Below are positions 31,671-40,688 of a stretch of DNA of 64,000 bases, one piece after another. Source of the DNA: Candidatus Methylomirabilota bacterium (GTDB lineage Bacteria > Methylomirabilota > Methylomirabilia > Methylomirabilales > 2-02-FULL-66-22); the NCBI GenBank assembly GCA_016209735.1, contig JACQVN010000030.1:3265-67264 (forward strand), written 5' to 3'. The notes under the pieces were generated by a model, which did no database searches, was not told where the DNA came from, and worked only from the letters and a program-made list of their open reading frames with translations. Numbering within the stretch: position 1 is the first letter of the stretch; every line of letters begins with the position of its first letter. The position numbers and the translations under genes were made by a program.

Positions 31671-32930
31671 CTACTTCAAAGATCGAGGATAGCGGGGGAA
31701 ATTCAGAATGCTGATCGTTCCAGCCTTCCGTTGGGCCGAGAACCACTCAGCCAGAGATTGGCCAGGCGCGACAAGCGAGGGCTCACGAATCTGAATCACC
31801 ACGGGCTTTCCTGTGGATTCCAGAGGGCGAAAGCCTGCCATCTCCTCCCATTGCTTTCGGAACCGTCGCCATGGGATACGTCGATCGGCAACTTCTGAGA
31901 CAAGGGAACCTCTCAAAGCATCCCCCACCACCCATCGGATTCTTCCCCTGACGCGCGGAAGCTCAGGTGAAAGGGTCGAGCGCACTCGACGCACTTCCCG
32001 ACGGAGGGCCTCTGCGTGACTGTCCTTCTCCCCATTCTCTCGCCTGCTTTCCTCCTCCTCGGCCACTGCTCCCCTTGCGACAAATTCGCGGGAGAGTTCC
32101 GCGATGAGCTTCCACATCCGAAAGCACCCATTCGTGACGCGGGTGCAATGATCTACCGCGATCACTTGGAAGACGCGCAGTGCCCAGAGGAAAGGATCTC
32201 TGGAGACGGGTCGGCGGCCTTGGCGCCGTCGGTCAGATGGCGGCGGCTTGAAAACGATGCACAGGCTTCCAGGTTCGCCGGGGATTTCTTTCGGCGACTT
32301 ACCTCGTCGCTCCCGGTAGCTGCGAACCCGTAGCTTGGTGGCTCGACGCAACTCCCCCCGCGCGGCCAGCAGCGCGTTGGGCGACGTGGTTTCCTTCAGG
32401 AGCCACCAGAGGGCTCCAATGACGAAGTGGGCGTTATGGCCCAAGCGCCGCACTAATTCCCGGACATGTCTCGACTCGCGAAGGCGGCGGTAGAACTCCG
32501 CCTCACGCACAGCGTGAAGGTAGGACAGGAAATAGAAGTACGAGTCCATGGGATCCCGCGGGGCTTGCATAGCCCGTGAGATGATCTCCCGGCTCCGCGC
32601 TGCCCACGGGGTGAGAATCTGTCCGAGACGTGCGGGGGAGGGCGGGAAGACCCACTCGTCTGGCATACCGGGGAGGATGAAATTCTGTGCCACCAGGACT
32701 TCTTCATACTCGCGCTGCCCCAGATGCTTTAGGAACTGCAGGTGGCAAGGTAACGCTCGCTTCTTGCGTCGGCGAAACAAGCGCGCGAGGGCGTCCCATC
32801 GAGCGCGTGTACTCCCCTCCGGGGAGTTTTGCTCTGCTACATCTGTGCGCCGAACCTTGGCTATTTTGCAGACCGGCGCATCGTTCGGCTGCTGGTCCTT
32901 CGGATGGGATCCAGGAGGTTTGCTTGGCAT
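31671..32930 (-). CDS. Hypothetical basic protein (419 aa)
   Basis: Long ORF with SD GGAGG; no motif recognised. Confidence 0.55.
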   Translation of the reverse strand: MPSKPPGSHPKDQQPNDAPVCKIAKVRRTDVAEQNSPEGSTRARWDALARLFRRRKKRALPCHLQFLKHLGQREYEEVLVAQNFILPGMPDEWVFPPSPARLGQILTPWAARSREIISRAMQAPRDPMDSYFYFLSYLHAVREAEFYRRLRESRHVRELVRRLGHNAHFVIGALWWLLKETTSPNALLAARGELRRATKLRVRSYRERRGKSPKEIPGEPGSLCIVFKPPPSDRRRQGRRPVSRDPFLWALRVFQVIAVDHCTRVTNGCFRMWKLIAELSREFVARGAVAEEEESRRENGEKDSHAEALRREVRRVRSTLSPELPRVRGRIRWVVGDALRGSLVSEVADRRIPWRRFRKQWEEMAGFRPLESTGKPVVIQIREPSLVAPGQSLAEWFSAQRKAGTISILNFPRYPRSLK

Positions 32931-34299
32931 CGCCCCTCCCGAAGGAGGCCCGAGTGGATCCCCGGCCAGGCCATTCGGGAGACCATTTCTCGGGAGCGCC
33001 GGGGGTGCAACAGCTATCGCACTTACCCCTCCGCGTGTCCGTCGTGCTATCTGCTATGAAGCCCCGGATAACCCAACGAATCGAAAAAAAGAGCACCCAC
33101 GGAATTGTTGCCGCGCCGACCGCTGCGCTTGCCCCCAGCAACCACTCCCAGGCAGAAAGCGGAGTGGATATTGGGTTGCCGATGAACTGCTTCTTGCGCA
33201 ATTCTGCCAGATCGGCTTTTTCCTCCGGCGTGAGTGTGCCTCTGGCTTCGGCTTGCAGAATCGCCTTCCTGCTGTACAAGATGGAGGGTCTGTTGGCAGA
33301 AGCGGGAGAATAATAATAATGGAGGAAGGCGGACCCCTCTTCGTACGGAGCAAGGCAGAAACCGAGGCGTGGTCCCGTTGTAGCATCATTATCAAGGGCC
33401 TCCTTAATCGCCGACTCCGTTGTTCCGTCATCAAAACAAACGGGTCTCCCACCACTTCTATTTGATGCTGCCGCGTATACAAAGGAGGTGCCACCTTGAT
33501 CCAGTATTTCGCCCGCGCGATGCCATTTCTCCCGGCGAGCCCCATCCATAAGGGCAACAAGAGAAAAGACTGCAAAGAACAGGAGCACAGAGAGCAGCCA
33601 GGTAATCCGCCGGAACCCCCGCTCGACGTTTATGGTCTTACCCGCGCCGGCGGAAACCGCGCAAGAGGCACGCCGGTGCCCTTCGCGTATCAGACGTGGC
33701 CATGACGGCTCCCAATATTGTGTGCGGCTAAGAGCGGTCAGCATCCAGCGCAGCAACCCGGTGAGCCCTGCAACGGTGCCACCCGCCACCACGATCAGCA
33801 ATGCCAAACGGCCCGTCTCGGAGAATCCCTCTGTCGCTTGTATCCACCATGGAGTAGTGTTCACCCAGCGCGCCGTCTGCCACACCGCGTACATCAGCGC
33901 GAGCGTCAGCGCAACGCCGGTCCACTCCGCCACAGCGTACTGACTCCGTTTCAGGTCAGGCCGCGTCGGCTCCGGCTGCCCGCCCTCTGGCTCCCATGCC
34001 TCCCAGGCGCGCCGGTATGCCCGTGATGCGCGCCACTCTAACACCTGGATTACGCACGATATGCTGACTCCACAGAAGATACTCCCCACCGCCCCAACTA
34101 CCGGCAGGAGTACGGCCAAGAGCGAGATGAAGGAGATCCACGCGACCACCCGCTCCCCGAGAGGTCGAGGCGGACTCGTCCCCGACCAAAAAACTATCAG
34201 AGCAAAGAGGATGAGCAATACGGTCCAAGGAACCCACCACAGGCCCCACAGCCTGAAAATCCAATTTCGCACCATCTGCAGGGAGCTGTGGATTTTCAC
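32704..34299 (-). CDS. Hypothetical multi-pass membrane protein (possibly two fused or decaying genes)
   Basis: 531-codon ORF with several hydrophobic segments; 3' end overlaps the next ORF by ~230 nt. Confidence 0.45.
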   Translation of the reverse strand: MKIHSSLQMVRNWIFRLWGLWWVPWTVLLILFALIVFWSGTSPPRPLGERVVAWISFISLLAVLLPVVGAVGSIFCGVSISCVIQVLEWRASRAYRRAWEAWEPEGGQPEPTRPDLKRSQYAVAEWTGVALTLALMYAVWQTARWVNTTPWWIQATEGFSETGRLALLIVVAGGTVAGLTGLLRWMLTALSRTQYWEPSWPRLIREGHRRASCAVSAGAGKTINVERGFRRITWLLSVLLFFAVFSLVALMDGARREKWHRAGEILDQGGTSFVYAAASNRSGGRPVCFDDGTTESAIKEALDNDATTGPRLGFCLAPYEEGSAFLHYYYSPASANRPSILYSRKAILQAEARGTLTPEEKADLAELRKKQFIGNPISTPLSAWEWLLGASAAVGAATIPWVLFFSIRWVIRGFIADSTTDTRRGKCDSCCTPGAPEKWSPEWPGRGSTRASFGRGDAKQTSWIPSEGPAAERCAGLQNSQGSAHRCSRAKLPGGEYTRSMGRPRALVSPTQEASVTLPPAVPKASGAARV

Positions 34300-34843
34300 C
34301 GTCTTCTCCGTTACCCCATCGTCTCCGCTTCCATCGGCGGTCCCGGGCAGCGCCGGGCCGAGGCAGGACGTGCCGCCGCGTAGGCAGACTTCCCGCGGGC
34401 GATGATGCTCAGCAGCCGTCGGTTAACCGAGCACCACATTGATTGGGACCTTATCCGGCCTCAAGCAATAAGGCCCTTGACCGTACTGGGCCAAGGGCCT
34501 ACGTTTCGAGTAGCCGCACCTGGCCGATCAGGTCGCGGTCAGTCGAAGGACCTCGCCGATGGCACCGCGGGGCCCGTCGCCTGCCATCTCACTTCGTCAT
34601 GGCTTCAACCTGCACGCCTCCCGAGTCTCCGCGTCAAGGGACGTCTTGATGACGGACGCCGAAAGCTTTTCTGCGGGGGTCCTCATTGCCTGGCGCAGTT
34701 CATGGCGCGTCGAGGTTCTTTCCAAAAATCTCGCGACGAAAATGCCATTCACAGAAACTCGTCTTGCGATTCCTCCATCCGGTTCCGGTCGCCGGCACCA
34801 TTCCTGCCTCCCCTCGCGATCGATAGCTCAGGGAGGGTGAGAC

Positions 34844-35086
34844 TCATTCGAACGACATCAGCCGTTCTCGCATCGCCCGTTCCACGTTCTGCGTGATTCG
34901 AAGCGGCCACTCCTTCAGCCGGTTGCGCATGGCCGCGGCCGACACCGCGTACAGGCGGGCCAACCGCTCGGCCAAGTGGGCTTCCACCGCCGCGGGGTCA
35001 CCAAACCCGACCGCCGTGACCAGTTAGGGGTACACGGCGCGCGCCTCCCGGGACATGGTGATGGTCGGCATCAGGAGGGCCGCCGC
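34844..35086 (-). pseudogene. ImmA/IrrE-like C-terminal fragment with internal TAA
   Basis: AALLMPT...YP*LV...MRNRLKEWP...; stop at 35024-26; homologous to the end of 38203-38850. Confidence 0.75.
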
Positions 35087-35183
35087 CCCCGAGGAGCGCC
35101 TCCACGAGCCAGGCGACCATGGTCGCGACGACAATCCAGAGCGAGGCATCCGATCCATAGGCGAGGCAGGGGCGTGGGGTCAT
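34998..35183 (-). CDS. Hydrophobic peptide B, copy 1
   Basis: ATGA overlap with the peptide A stop; SDASLWIVVATMVAWLVEALLG. Confidence 0.45.
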   Translation of the reverse strand: MTPRPCLAYGSDASLWIVVATMVAWLVEALLGGGGPPDADHHHVPGGARRVPLTGHGGRVW

Positions 35184-35287
35184 CGGACAGGACTCCCGTC
35201 CCCAAAGATGGCCATGAGGAGGTCGACGATGGCCTGCGCCACCATCGCCCAGAGCGAGAGATCCGAGATCAGGCTGAGGAGATGCAT
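35180..35287 (-). CDS. 35-aa hydrophobic peptide A, copy 1
   Basis: SD GGAGGAGG; MHLLSLISDLSLWAMVAQAIVDLLMAIFGDGSPVR; same length in copy 2. Confidence 0.6.
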   Translation of the reverse strand: MHLLSLISDLSLWAMVAQAIVDLLMAIFGDGSPVR

Positions 35288-35676
35288 TGGGGCCTCCTCC
35301 CCCGGACACTGACCGGGAAGTCGAGGACCTCGATGTGGGTGAAGCCGGCCGCGCGGTATGAGCGAAACGGGCCAACCGCCCGCAATATTCGGAAGGAGCG
35401 AGCGCCCTAAGGTGGCTTCGAGGGAACGCTCACCCCAAATCCTACGCCTAACCGCCGTGCGGAGCCAACCCGAAGCTCGGCCCGCCCTCAGCCCGCGCCG
35501 GAATGCGGCAAGGAGGGGAAGGGGAATCTTCAACGGTCGGGGGGGGGAGTGGCCCCGGGTTTTGGCCCAAAATTTCGCGGCGGAAATGCGATTCACGGAA
35601 ATCCGTCTGGCGGTTTCTCCGTCCGGTTGGCCTGCCAGGCCCATTTCCCGTCGGAGACGGCAGGCCGGGGAGACGA

Positions 35677-36180
35677 CTACCGGACGGCCAGAGCGGCCGG
35701 CGAGAGCACCAACTTTGCCGGACGGTGGCGCTTCCGCGCGATGGACCGCAGGGCATCCCGAATCCGCTGGAGGTGGGGCGGTAACGGCGCGGTCTCGTCA
35801 ATGCACCACACGCCGTAGACCAGCCGGATGAGCCGATCGCTCGGGGGGCCGATGGGTTCGGCGCCGGTCTCCCACCGCGTGACGCTTTCCCGTTGGACCC
35901 CGACAATCTCCGCCAGGTCTTGGGCGCGGAGGCCCATCTGCTTGCGGAGGAAGCGGAACTCGGGGCCGCTGAGGGGTCGCGGTTCCTGCGCGAGCCAATC
36001 CGCGATCCCCCGATGGAGCCGGCGGGAGTTCGGGATCTCGGGCAATTCGGCCGCGCAGCGCCGGCACCGGTAGACCGTGATCCCCTTCAGCCACAAGTTT
36101 GGAATCCCGCTCTCCGGGTACGGAATCGTCCGGTTCCGATGTGCCCGCATCCGCGTGCCGCAGTCCAAGCATCGCATCAT
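35677..36180 (-). CDS. MqsA-like antitoxin (YgiT-type Zn finger + XRE HTH)
   Basis: CLDCG...CRRC; EFRFLRKQMGL...LAEIVGV....VTRWETG. Confidence 0.88.
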   Translation of the reverse strand: MMRCLDCGTRMRAHRNRTIPYPESGIPNLWLKGITVYRCRRCAAELPEIPNSRRLHRGIADWLAQEPRPLSGPEFRFLRKQMGLRAQDLAEIVGVQRESVTRWETGAEPIGPPSDRLIRLVYGVWCIDETAPLPPHLQRIRDALRSIARKRHRPAKLVLSPAALAVR

Positions 36181-36202
36181 GGTGCCTCACCCCCCTCGCC
36201 GA

Positions 36203-36535
36203 TCAGTAGGCAGTGATCAGGATCAACCGGAAATTGGCTTCGTCGATGCACACAACCACGTGGAGTTCGTTCCCTCCCACATCGGTGCCGGCCATATCGT
36301 AATTGTGGGCCCGGTGCTCCGGCTTCCATTGCCCCGGCCGAAGAACGGCCCCGTGTTCGAGAACGTGGTTCACATCCCCCATGTCGGCGTTGGCCCGGGC
36401 CAATTCGCGCACGAAGTGCTCGGTGCGGCTGAAGGGTCCCCCCTCCAGGAAGACGCGCCGAATCGCGGTCGTCGCCTGGGCAGGGGTGAGAGACTGTGGT
36501 GGTCGGTCGTCCGGTGTTCTTCCTCGTGTGCCCAC
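36203..36535 (-). CDS. DUF4258-like (RelE/MqsR-fold) putative toxin
   Basis: TEHFVREL..AN....DV..VL..G...LHVVV....LILITAY; directly upstream of the MqsA-like gene. Confidence 0.75.
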   Translation of the reverse strand: MGTRGRTPDDRPPQSLTPAQATTAIRRVFLEGGPFSRTEHFVRELARANADMGDVNHVLEHGAVLRPGQWKPEHRAHNYDMAGTDVGGNELHVVVCIDEANFRLILITAY

Positions 36536-36885
36536 CGTAGTCTCCTGTGTAACATTTCCTCACATGATCCGTCAACGGAAAACTGCGGTCCACCCGGGCG
36601 GGGGCCGACTCTGCAGAAGAATCGCCGACAATTCTTCGGGCTACAGACCGTGGCCGCGGGCATCTCAACTGGTAGTGAGCACTGCGCTCAGGAAGTGATC
36701 ATCCTACTGCTTCGTTGGCCACCACCTGGCCGGCGCGCAATTGACGCCCTGACAATTGATGATTTCTCTCGTTCACGATGGCCCGGCGCCCGCAGGGTAA
36801 CGGGCTTTTGGTCGAAGGTTTTGGGCTCCCGGAGGATCTCACCGCAGGTCGTGGCCGACGTGGGCTGCATCAGCAAGAGCGAGGG

Positions 36886-37326
36886 TCAGAGTTTGGTGTG
36901 GGTAAGATCCACCCAGCCGCACGCGAAACAAAACGCTCGCCCCGGATTGAAGGTCGCAAGGTTCAGGAACACATCGTGGATCTGAACACGAGACGGGTCG
37001 CGCTCGTTATTGTGCTGCTCGCAAAGGCTCAAGAGCCACTCCCCTATTGATGGTGTCAACGCCGGGTTCCACTCACCCGTTTCACGGTCCACGGAGAAGA
37101 ACGGGTTTCCAAGACCGAGGACCCCGGCGGGATGGACACGCCCCCACCTTGTTCCGTCCGGCAGCGTGATCACCGCCCTCCCGTCCGCGATCTGCTCCCA
37201 GAGGCCCTCGGTATCATGTGGCTCCCTTATGTACTCACGGGCCTCCTCTAGACTGTGGAATCGGACCTCCCGCTCGATTGGAAGGGGTTTGATCACAAAA
37301 CCTTCAAGGTCCAGCGACCATTTCAT
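36886..37326 (-). CDS. Hypothetical protein (146 aa)
   Basis: SD GGAGG, ATG, globular-looking composition, C-terminal CxxC. Confidence 0.55.
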   Translation of the reverse strand: MKWSLDLEGFVIKPLPIEREVRFHSLEEAREYIREPHDTEGLWEQIADGRAVITLPDGTRWGRVHPAGVLGLGNPFFSVDRETGEWNPALTPSIGEWLLSLCEQHNNERDPSRVQIHDVFLNLATFNPGRAFCFACGWVDLTHTKL

Positions 37327-37966
37327 AGTGTCTGACCTCCGCGTTACAAGCGAACTTGGCAGAGAAGAGGCAGCCCTTCACGGCGACGCCCTCCGTGGTG
37401 GCACGAAGACTCCAACGAAAAAGAGAGGGAAAGATCATCAAGGGCCAGGCGGCCCTGGTCATCCGGGTGGTGGAGTGGGTGCCCCCGGGGTGTTAGTGGG
37501 GACGCCCACCTGAACGCTACCAGCACCACCTGCGCGAGTCAGTCGCTCTCCAGGCTGCGAGCCGGCCAACGGGTCGGGCTCGGCGTACCCTGCTGTCGGC
37601 TCCACCGCCCCGCGACGATCGCCCCTGCCTCCCGGCCCCCGGCTGTCCACCGGCCCCCTCGGCCCGCCGCCCGCTCCTCTGCGCCCGGCCTCTTCGGGGC
37701 CTCCGATGCCGCCTCACGCGGGCGCGGGAGCCATTCGGATCATCAGGGCTGGCGCGCCACGAAGGGCCGCGGCTATCGCGGCCCAAGAAGCCGACGATAG
37801 CAAGAAGCTTGCCGCCGGATTACGGTGGCGGATCTGCTCGCCCTCGCGAGCCTCCCCCTCGAAACCGACCCTCTCTTTGTCCCTGCCTGAGCCGACCGCC
37901 CGTCTCGCGGAAGCCCGCCGGCTGACGACCGCCTACCAGGCCGGGGGTCCCGATGCGGTTCAGGCC

Positions 37967-38149
37967 TTCCGTGACCTCGTCGATATGCCGGCGGATGTCA
38001 CCATCACCGCGCAGCAGGTGGAGGTGAGCTTCCACCGCCGATCTCACCTGCCCACCGTGTTAACCTCGGGGCTCCTGGACCAGCCCGTGCCCATCCCGTG
38101 GTGGAACGGCGTCCCCTTGCGCCTGACCACCTACCACGGACCTGCGTGA
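37967..38149 (+). pseudogene. Possible transposase C-terminal remnant
   Basis: FRDLVDMPADV.I....VEV.FHRRSHLP...IPWWNG..LRL resembles DDE transposase tails (recalled, not searched); no start. Confidence 0.35.
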
Positions 38150-38202
38150 TCACTCAATTCTTAGGAGCCGTTCTCGTCGATCTGTCGGCCTGGGTTGCCT
38201 CT

Positions 38203-38850
38203 TCAGTCGGCGAGGGAGAGCGCCTTAGCGTCGAGGGCCCGATCAACTTTCCGCAGGACCTCCACAGGCCAGCGCTCGAGGCGGTACTGCATGGGACCGA
38301 CGTTGACCACGTACCGCTGACTGAGACGGATTACCAGGGAGCGTCTGAATACCGCGAGCCGGTCAAAGCCGTACTGCTTGACCAATCCGGCATACACCTG
38401 GCGGGCATCCTGGAGCAGCGGGGTCGAAGGCATCAAGAGGGCCGAGGCAAACCACTTGGCATTCCGGTCCAGATACTCGTAGTCGGAAGACGCATGCAGC
38501 ATGGCCGCCTCTTCCACCGAGTGGACGTGGCGAAGGACCGGCCGGTGCAGGTGGAGATGTCCCAATTCCTCGCCAACCGTGAAGCGGTAGAAGCCGGGGT
38601 TCCCATCGGCGACCGCCTCGTCAATCAGGACGGTGAAACGATCCTCCTTGGGGTGGTAGACCGTCACCCCGGGGACGCCGAATTGTGCCTGCAAGCCCCG
38701 CTCGGTATCGAGGGTCACCCCAGGCTCCCGCTCCGTGAGCAGCTCGATATCCACGGGAATCGTGAGGCCTGGCCAGCGTTCGCGCAGGAGATCGCACGCG
38801 AGGGATTCCAGTTTGGTCAGCGCGTAACGCGGGATCGGCGGCGTGCTCAT
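38203..38850 (-). CDS. ImmA/IrrE-family metallopeptidase-like protein, atypical metal motif
   Basis: IPVDIE, RFTVGEELGH..LH, AKWFASALLMP; coupled to the XRE gene. Confidence 0.85.
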   Translation of the reverse strand: MSTPPIPRYALTKLESLACDLLRERWPGLTIPVDIELLTEREPGVTLDTERGLQAQFGVPGVTVYHPKEDRFTVLIDEAVADGNPGFYRFTVGEELGHLHLHRPVLRHVHSVEEAAMLHASSDYEYLDRNAKWFASALLMPSTPLLQDARQVYAGLVKQYGFDRLAVFRRSLVIRLSQRYVVNVGPMQYRLERWPVEVLRKVDRALDAKALSLAD

Positions 38851-39242
38851 CGCTTGCGGCGTTTCCGGTTGATGAACCGGGTGAGTTCCGCGATTTCCTC
38901 CTTCGTCAAGCGCCGGTTCTGGAGGGTGCGCAGCATCACGGGGATGCCCGGAGTCCTGGCGGCGAACGCCGCGACATCCGGCGGGAGCGTCTGTTTCTTG
39001 TGGGCGACGGCGAGGTCAAAAAGACGGTCCCGCTCTTTCGAACCCTCCGGGAAGCCAAGCGTCTCGGCGATCCGGCCCAGGATCCCGAGGTCTTGGGGGG
39101 GCGGAATCCGTCCATGCTCCACATTGCTGAGATTGGATGGTTGCATGTCGACGGCTTCGGCGAACACCCGTAGCCCAAAGCCGGCCTTCAACCGGCAGGC
39201 CCGCAGGTACTCACCGAAGGTTTCCCTCTTTGCCATGGCCAC
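38847..39242 (-). CDS. XRE-family repressor (ImmR-like)
   Basis: FGEYLR..R...GLRVFA......SNLSNVEHGR.PPP. Confidence 0.9.
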   Translation of the reverse strand: MAMAKRETFGEYLRACRLKAGFGLRVFAEAVDMQPSNLSNVEHGRIPPPQDLGILGRIAETLGFPEGSKERDRLFDLAVAHKKQTLPPDVAAFAARTPGIPVMLRTLQNRRLTKEEIAELTRFINRKRRKR

Positions 39243-39256
39243 CCCCTTCGCGGGAA

Positions 39257-39301
39257 GTTATATGTCTCATATAACATACGCTTCCCATCCGGTGGTGTCA
39301 A
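39257..39301 (-). promoter_or_regulatory. immR promoter with palindromic operator
   Basis: Minus strand TTGACA-17-TATGTT; GTTATATG-tct-CATATAAC (39257-39275) overlaps -10/+1. Confidence 0.75.
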
Positions 39302-39374
39302 CCGGTTCTTCCATTCGGCCAGGGCCTCGGGAGAGCCCGTTCCGTCGCGAGCGGCAGGCCGGGAAGCGTGCGAC

Positions 39375-39614
39375 TCATTCGAGCGACATCAGCCGCTCTC
39401 GCATCGCCCGTTCCACCTTCTGCGTGATCCGAAGCGGCCACTCCTTCAGCCGGTTGCGCATGGCCGCGGCAGATACCGCATGCTGGCGGGCCAACCGCTC
39501 GGCCAGGTGGGCTTCCACCGCCGCGGGGTCACCAAATCCGACCGCCTTGACCAGTTGGGGGTACGCGGCGCGCGCCTCCCGGGACACGCTGATGGTCGGC
39601 ATCAGGAGGGCCGC
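39375..39614 (-). pseudogene. ImmA/IrrE-like C-terminal fragment (frame open)
   Basis: AALLMPTISVSREARAAYPQLVKAVGF...RLKEWPLRI...LMSLE; N-terminal catalytic half absent. Confidence 0.7.
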
Positions 39615-39714
39615 TGGCCCCGAGGAGCGCCTCCACGAGCCAGGCGACCATGGTCGCGACGACAATCCAGAGCGAGGCATCCGATCCATAGGCGAGGCAG
39701 GGGCGTCGGGTCAT
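39529..39714 (-). CDS. Hydrophobic peptide B, copy 2
   Basis: ATGA coupling; same core and length as copy 1. Confidence 0.45.
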   Translation of the reverse strand: MTRRPCLAYGSDASLWIVVATMVAWLVEALLGASGPPDADHQRVPGGARRVPPTGQGGRIW

Positions 39715-39818
39715 CGGACAGGACTCCCGTCCCCAAAGATGGCCATGAGGAGGTCGACGATGGCCTGCGCCACCAAGGCCCAGAAGGAGAAATCCGAGAC
39801 GAGCGCGAGCGAATTCAT
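39711..39818 (-). CDS. 35-aa hydrophobic peptide A, copy 2
   Basis: SD AGGAG; MNSLALVSDFSFWALVAQAIVDLLMAIFGDGSPVR. Confidence 0.6.
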   Translation of the reverse strand: MNSLALVSDFSFWALVAQAIVDLLMAIFGDGSPVR

Positions 39819-40561
39819 TGCGGTCTCCTGCCCCGGACACTGACCGGGAAGTCGAGGACATCGATGTGGGTGAACCCAGCCGCGCGGTATGAGTGAAACG
39901 GGCCGGCTGCCCGCAGTATACGGAAGGAGCGAGCGCCCCGAGGTGGGTATGGGGAAGCGCTCTAGAAACAGCCTACGCCTAAGCGTCATTCCGAGTCAAT
40001 CCGAATCCCGGCCCGCCCTCAGCCCGCGCCGGAATACCAGCCAGGAAGGGATACGGCCGGTGAATCTTCAACGAATTTTGGCCCGAGATATTTTGGGGGA
40101 ATGCCGTTTCTGGGGCTCGGCCTGGGCGTTTCTCCGTCCGGTTCCTGTTCCCGGCGCCCTACCTGTCTCCCCTCTTCCCCCCTGCCCAACGCGCCCCTCC
40201 GGGACTTGCCCAGGTGCTCCCTGCTCACCCTTCCTGGATCCGGGCGTCTAAGGATTGGCCTTCGCTGACACTGGCCCGACCTTCCCCCTCGCCCGTGCCG
40301 TCCTGTGGGTCCGCTGGTCCCACTCCGCAATCAGCGCAGTCCAGCCGATCCTTTGGCCTCTGTTGCTGTTCCAGGCCGGCCAGGTTGGCCGATCTCGGAG
40401 TGGCGGCTACCTTGTGGGGGCGTTCAGCGGCTTGATGTCTCCCCCCCCCTCGTGGCGGGGACCGGGGTTGCCGGTTGCCCGATGTGCGTCGAGCGTAGTT
40501 GCGGAGCGCCCCTCACGTGGTCGCCGACGTACTACACTAGTACCCGGTCCGGCCCCCGCCT

Positions 40562-40596
40562 CCGGGGGAGGCCAGCCCGATCCTCCCCCGGATTTT
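40562..40596 (+). terminator. Putative intrinsic terminator near the right end of the element
   Basis: ccgggggagg..tcctcccccgg followed by atttt. Confidence 0.45.
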
Positions 40597-40688
40597 CCGC
40601 TTGCGCGGGGCTTGCATTTCCTGCCTCGAAATGGTAATTTTTGCCACCCTGTTTCCCTTAAGTTCCCGCCAGTTACGCCCCTTCAAGG

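Larger units (their letters stand above)
34841..35628. repeat. Copy 1 of ~0.78-kb duplicated cassette
   Basis: Colinear with 39372-40143; near-identical in the middle, patchy at the right end. Confidence 0.92.
39372..40143. repeat. Copy 2 of duplicated cassette
   Basis: Colinear with 34841-35628. Confidence 0.92.

Noticed and set aside
34285-34420. LuxR-HTH-like words (LSIIARGKS ... GVTEKTVKIH) on the minus strand
   Set aside because: They lie in different frames with wrong spacing; too weak to call a pseudogene.
38098-39843. 581-aa plus-strand ORF in the element
   Set aside because: Antisense to the well-supported immR/immA-like genes.
34841-40143. Duplicated cassette considered as DGR template/variable repeats
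   Set aside because: No reverse transcriptase in the window, and the differences are not confined to adenine positions.
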